A stretch of DNA of 64,000 nt from Yuukianura sp. NJ FZ-2021 (taxonomy: Eukaryota): assembly GCA_046563655.1 (NCBI GenBank), contig JAJCTO010000010.1, positions 1,054,001 to 1,118,000 of the forward strand. Reading direction: 5' to 3'. This document shows positions 62,437 through 64,000 of this stretch, piece by piece (positions within the stretch are counted from its first letter, which is position 1; every line of letters begins with the position of its first letter). The notes under the pieces were generated by a model, which did no database searches, had not been told where the DNA came from, and saw only the letters and a list, made by a program, of their open reading frames with translations. The translations under genes and the position numbers were made by a program.

Positions 62437-64000
62437 GTGCCAGTCAATGGTTCGGGTGACCAAAGCCCCACCCCTTACCCCCTTTTCTTTTGCACAAAAC
62501 GTTTTTCTTTTTGCACTTTTGTGCAACTTTTTATATTTGGTTTTGGCCCATGCTCATTGTATGTTTAAGAGTTTAATTAGTTTTTAAAAATAATTTTAAA
62601 AAATATTTTTTTCTTTTGCACTTTTGTGCAACTTTTTATATTTGGTTTTTTGTCCATGCTCACTGTATGTTTAAGAGTTTAATTAGTTTTTAAAAATAAT
62701 TATAAAAAATATTTTGCGGTTTTGTGGTTTGAGTCCAAGCACCTACCCAAAAATTCCTCTCTTCTTTGCACTTTTATGCAACTTTTTAGTTTTTTTTATA
62801 GCTTGGGCTCATTTTAAACTTGGCATTTAATTTGGTTTTTAATTTTGTTTGTGTTTGAAAATGCTACTTTCCCGGAAGCTATTTTTCTCGGAAACATTTT
62901 TAAATAGTAAATTCTCAAAAATGTTTCTTTCTATACATCAGGTTCCTTTCTAAACAGCTTTCGAAAATATTTTGAGATGACACAAGACCTAACTTACAGG
63001 TTCGTCTTGCACGTTTGCGGTTTTTTAATTGCCGATTACTTCCGTGTCGCGATCGCTAATTAGAACGCACGAAAAATGTTAACGTAAACGAAAAAGGTAA
63101 GCAATTAAAACTTTTACCTTTCGAGTTGATTGACTCGTGTACAAATTACAAACTTGACCGTAATTGGCAAGCACGAGGGCATTTTCGGGAAGTCTGCCAG
63201 TAGCTTTTCGCCAAGTGAATAACGTTTTACTCACCGCAAAACCATTACGTGACCATTTCAATGCTCCAATTTGACTGGTGAGCGTTTCCGACACAGTACA
63301 CTTACTACTATGCTAGTTATTTATGACCCGAGGAGTTGGTGGTACGCAAGCTTCTGCGACACCCAATGGTCACTTTAGTACTGGTTTTGTCCAAAATCAC
63401 AAATCTCACCGATTCATCTCTGCCGGTAGACTTCAACCTCGCCTGTGATTGGTCGGCGAGTCCTTCAAAACTGCCCTTCCTCAAAAATGGGCGTTGGAAT
63501 CCGTTTATCGCAATTTGATTTGCCAATGACGTTCAAATCGCTGGATTTTAAAAACAAGGGCGTCAACCCGGCTTCTGATTGGTCGACGAGTCGTTGCCCC
63601 AGTGGGCGTGGCCAGTACAATGCTGAAATTTGATTGGTCAAAATCCCAACCCGTATACCAGTTTCAGCCAATTTGCGTCCAACTCGCTTCTGATTGGTCG
63701 ACGAGTCGTTGCCCCAGTGGGCGTGGCCAGTACAATGCTGAAATTTGATTGGTCAAAATCCCAAACGCTATACCAATTTTCAGCCAATGGGAGTGCAGCT
63801 CGCTTCTGATTGGTCCACATGTCGTTCAAAAAATGGCCTAGTCCCACGAATGGGAGTGGCTGGCCGCAAAATGTTTCAAAATCTTCTGCCATTTTTTTTC
63901 TTGAAAGTGCAATAAAATAAACTCTTGAAATTATAAAAAGTGGTCTCGAGACATCATTTGTTGCTGAACCCTCGCGTATATACAGCATGCTGTGTGCGCC
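62437..64000. mobile_element. Unclassified non-coding insertion interrupting the BEL RT; runs off the window end
   Basis: RT homology stops abruptly after SSAPF; internal direct repeats (~110 bp at 62500-62715; ~117 bp with CTGATTGGTC at 63555-63820). Confidence 0.5.

Overview
Eukaryotic repeat-dense, heterochromatin-like DNA, probably from an animal. Short 50-100 nt GT-AG introns and TTAGG repeats suggest an arthropod, but this is inference. The backbone is two tandem satellites: a ~510-bp satellite (1-31207) that switches abruptly to a ~253-bp satellite (31213-59434). Four elements are inserted in them. (1) An 18.7-kb Ty3/Gypsy LTR retrotransposon (3690-22379, minus strand, GCATG TSD) with decayed gag-pol. 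Its 5' leader carries an antisense, 7-exon KDM4/JMJD2-like JmjC + C2H2 zinc-finger gene. Its gag is split by a nested one-LTR fragment encoding an EXD1/Egalitarian-like exonuclease-fold protein, and its pol is split by a DINE-1/Helentron-like element. (2) A complete 17.7-kb Polinton/Maverick (33737-51461, ATTATC TSD, ~1.6-kb TIRs) with pPolB, ATPase, integrase, capsid and protease genes, spliced genes and an F-box/LRR cargo gene. (3) A TA-flanked MITE. (4) A truncated BEL/Pao element. The main candidate for a new system is a satellite-resident retrotransposon carrying its own putative histone demethylase as an anti-silencing factor. All family calls come from reading motifs by eye; no database search was run.
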